From contig CAWHAE010000006.1 of assembly GCA_963827235.1 (NCBI GenBank), positions 1-10,248 of the forward strand: a stretch of 10,248 bases of DNA, given 5' to 3'. The notes under the pieces were generated by a model, which was not told where the DNA came from, ran no database searches, and saw only the letters and a program-made list of their open reading frames with translations. Each line of letters opens with the position of its first letter. Positions within the stretch are counted from its first letter, which is position 1. Below are positions 10,167 to 10,248 of the stretch, one piece after another. The stretch comes from an uncultured bacterium (GTDB lineage Bacteria > Chloroflexota > UBA5177 > JANWHV01). Made by a program: the position numbers and the translations under genes.

Positions 10167-10242
10167 GGGCCGCTAGCTCAATTGGCAGAGCAATTGACTC
10201 TTAATCAATGGGTTCCGGGTTCGAGTCTCGGGCGGCTCACCA
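10167..10242 (+). tRNA. tRNA-Lys (anticodon CTT), CCA encoded
   Basis: 76-nt cloverleaf: acceptor GGGCCGC/GCGGCTC, D arm GCTC/GAGC, anticodon arm ATTGA-CTCTTAA-TCAAT (CTT at 10200-10202), T arm CCGGG-TTCGAGT-CTCGG, discriminator A, CCA. Confidence 0.98.
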
Positions 10243-10248
10243 GAGGAA

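Noticed and set aside
10167-10242. tRNA next to selA as tRNA-Sec or tRNA-Pyl/amber suppressor
   Set aside because: Canonical 76-nt tRNA with 7-bp acceptor stem, short variable loop and CTT anticodon, not TCA or CTA.

Overview
GC-rich bacterial core-genome window; a Chloroflexota origin is my inference from gene content, not established. It holds the 3' part of the F1Fo ATP synthase operon (partial atpF, atpH, atpA, atpG, atpD, atpC) and a convergent, overlapping minus-strand unit (PHP-family phosphoesterase, pyrF, DUF951). These are followed by a divergent class I SAM methyltransferase, a small tail-anchored membrane protein, a SelA-family PLP enzyme and tRNA-Lys(CTT). Four things stand out. 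(1) The SelA homolog keeps its PLP lysine but has many family motifs altered. (2) Its homology runs upstream of any standard in-frame start codon, and its frame is separated from the upstream membrane protein only by a TAG. (3) A ~170-nt rod-like inverted-repeat region at 8100-8269 is a candidate structured (6S-like) RNA. (4) A nested inverted-repeat element lies between atpD and atpC. No mobile element or CRISPR array is visible.
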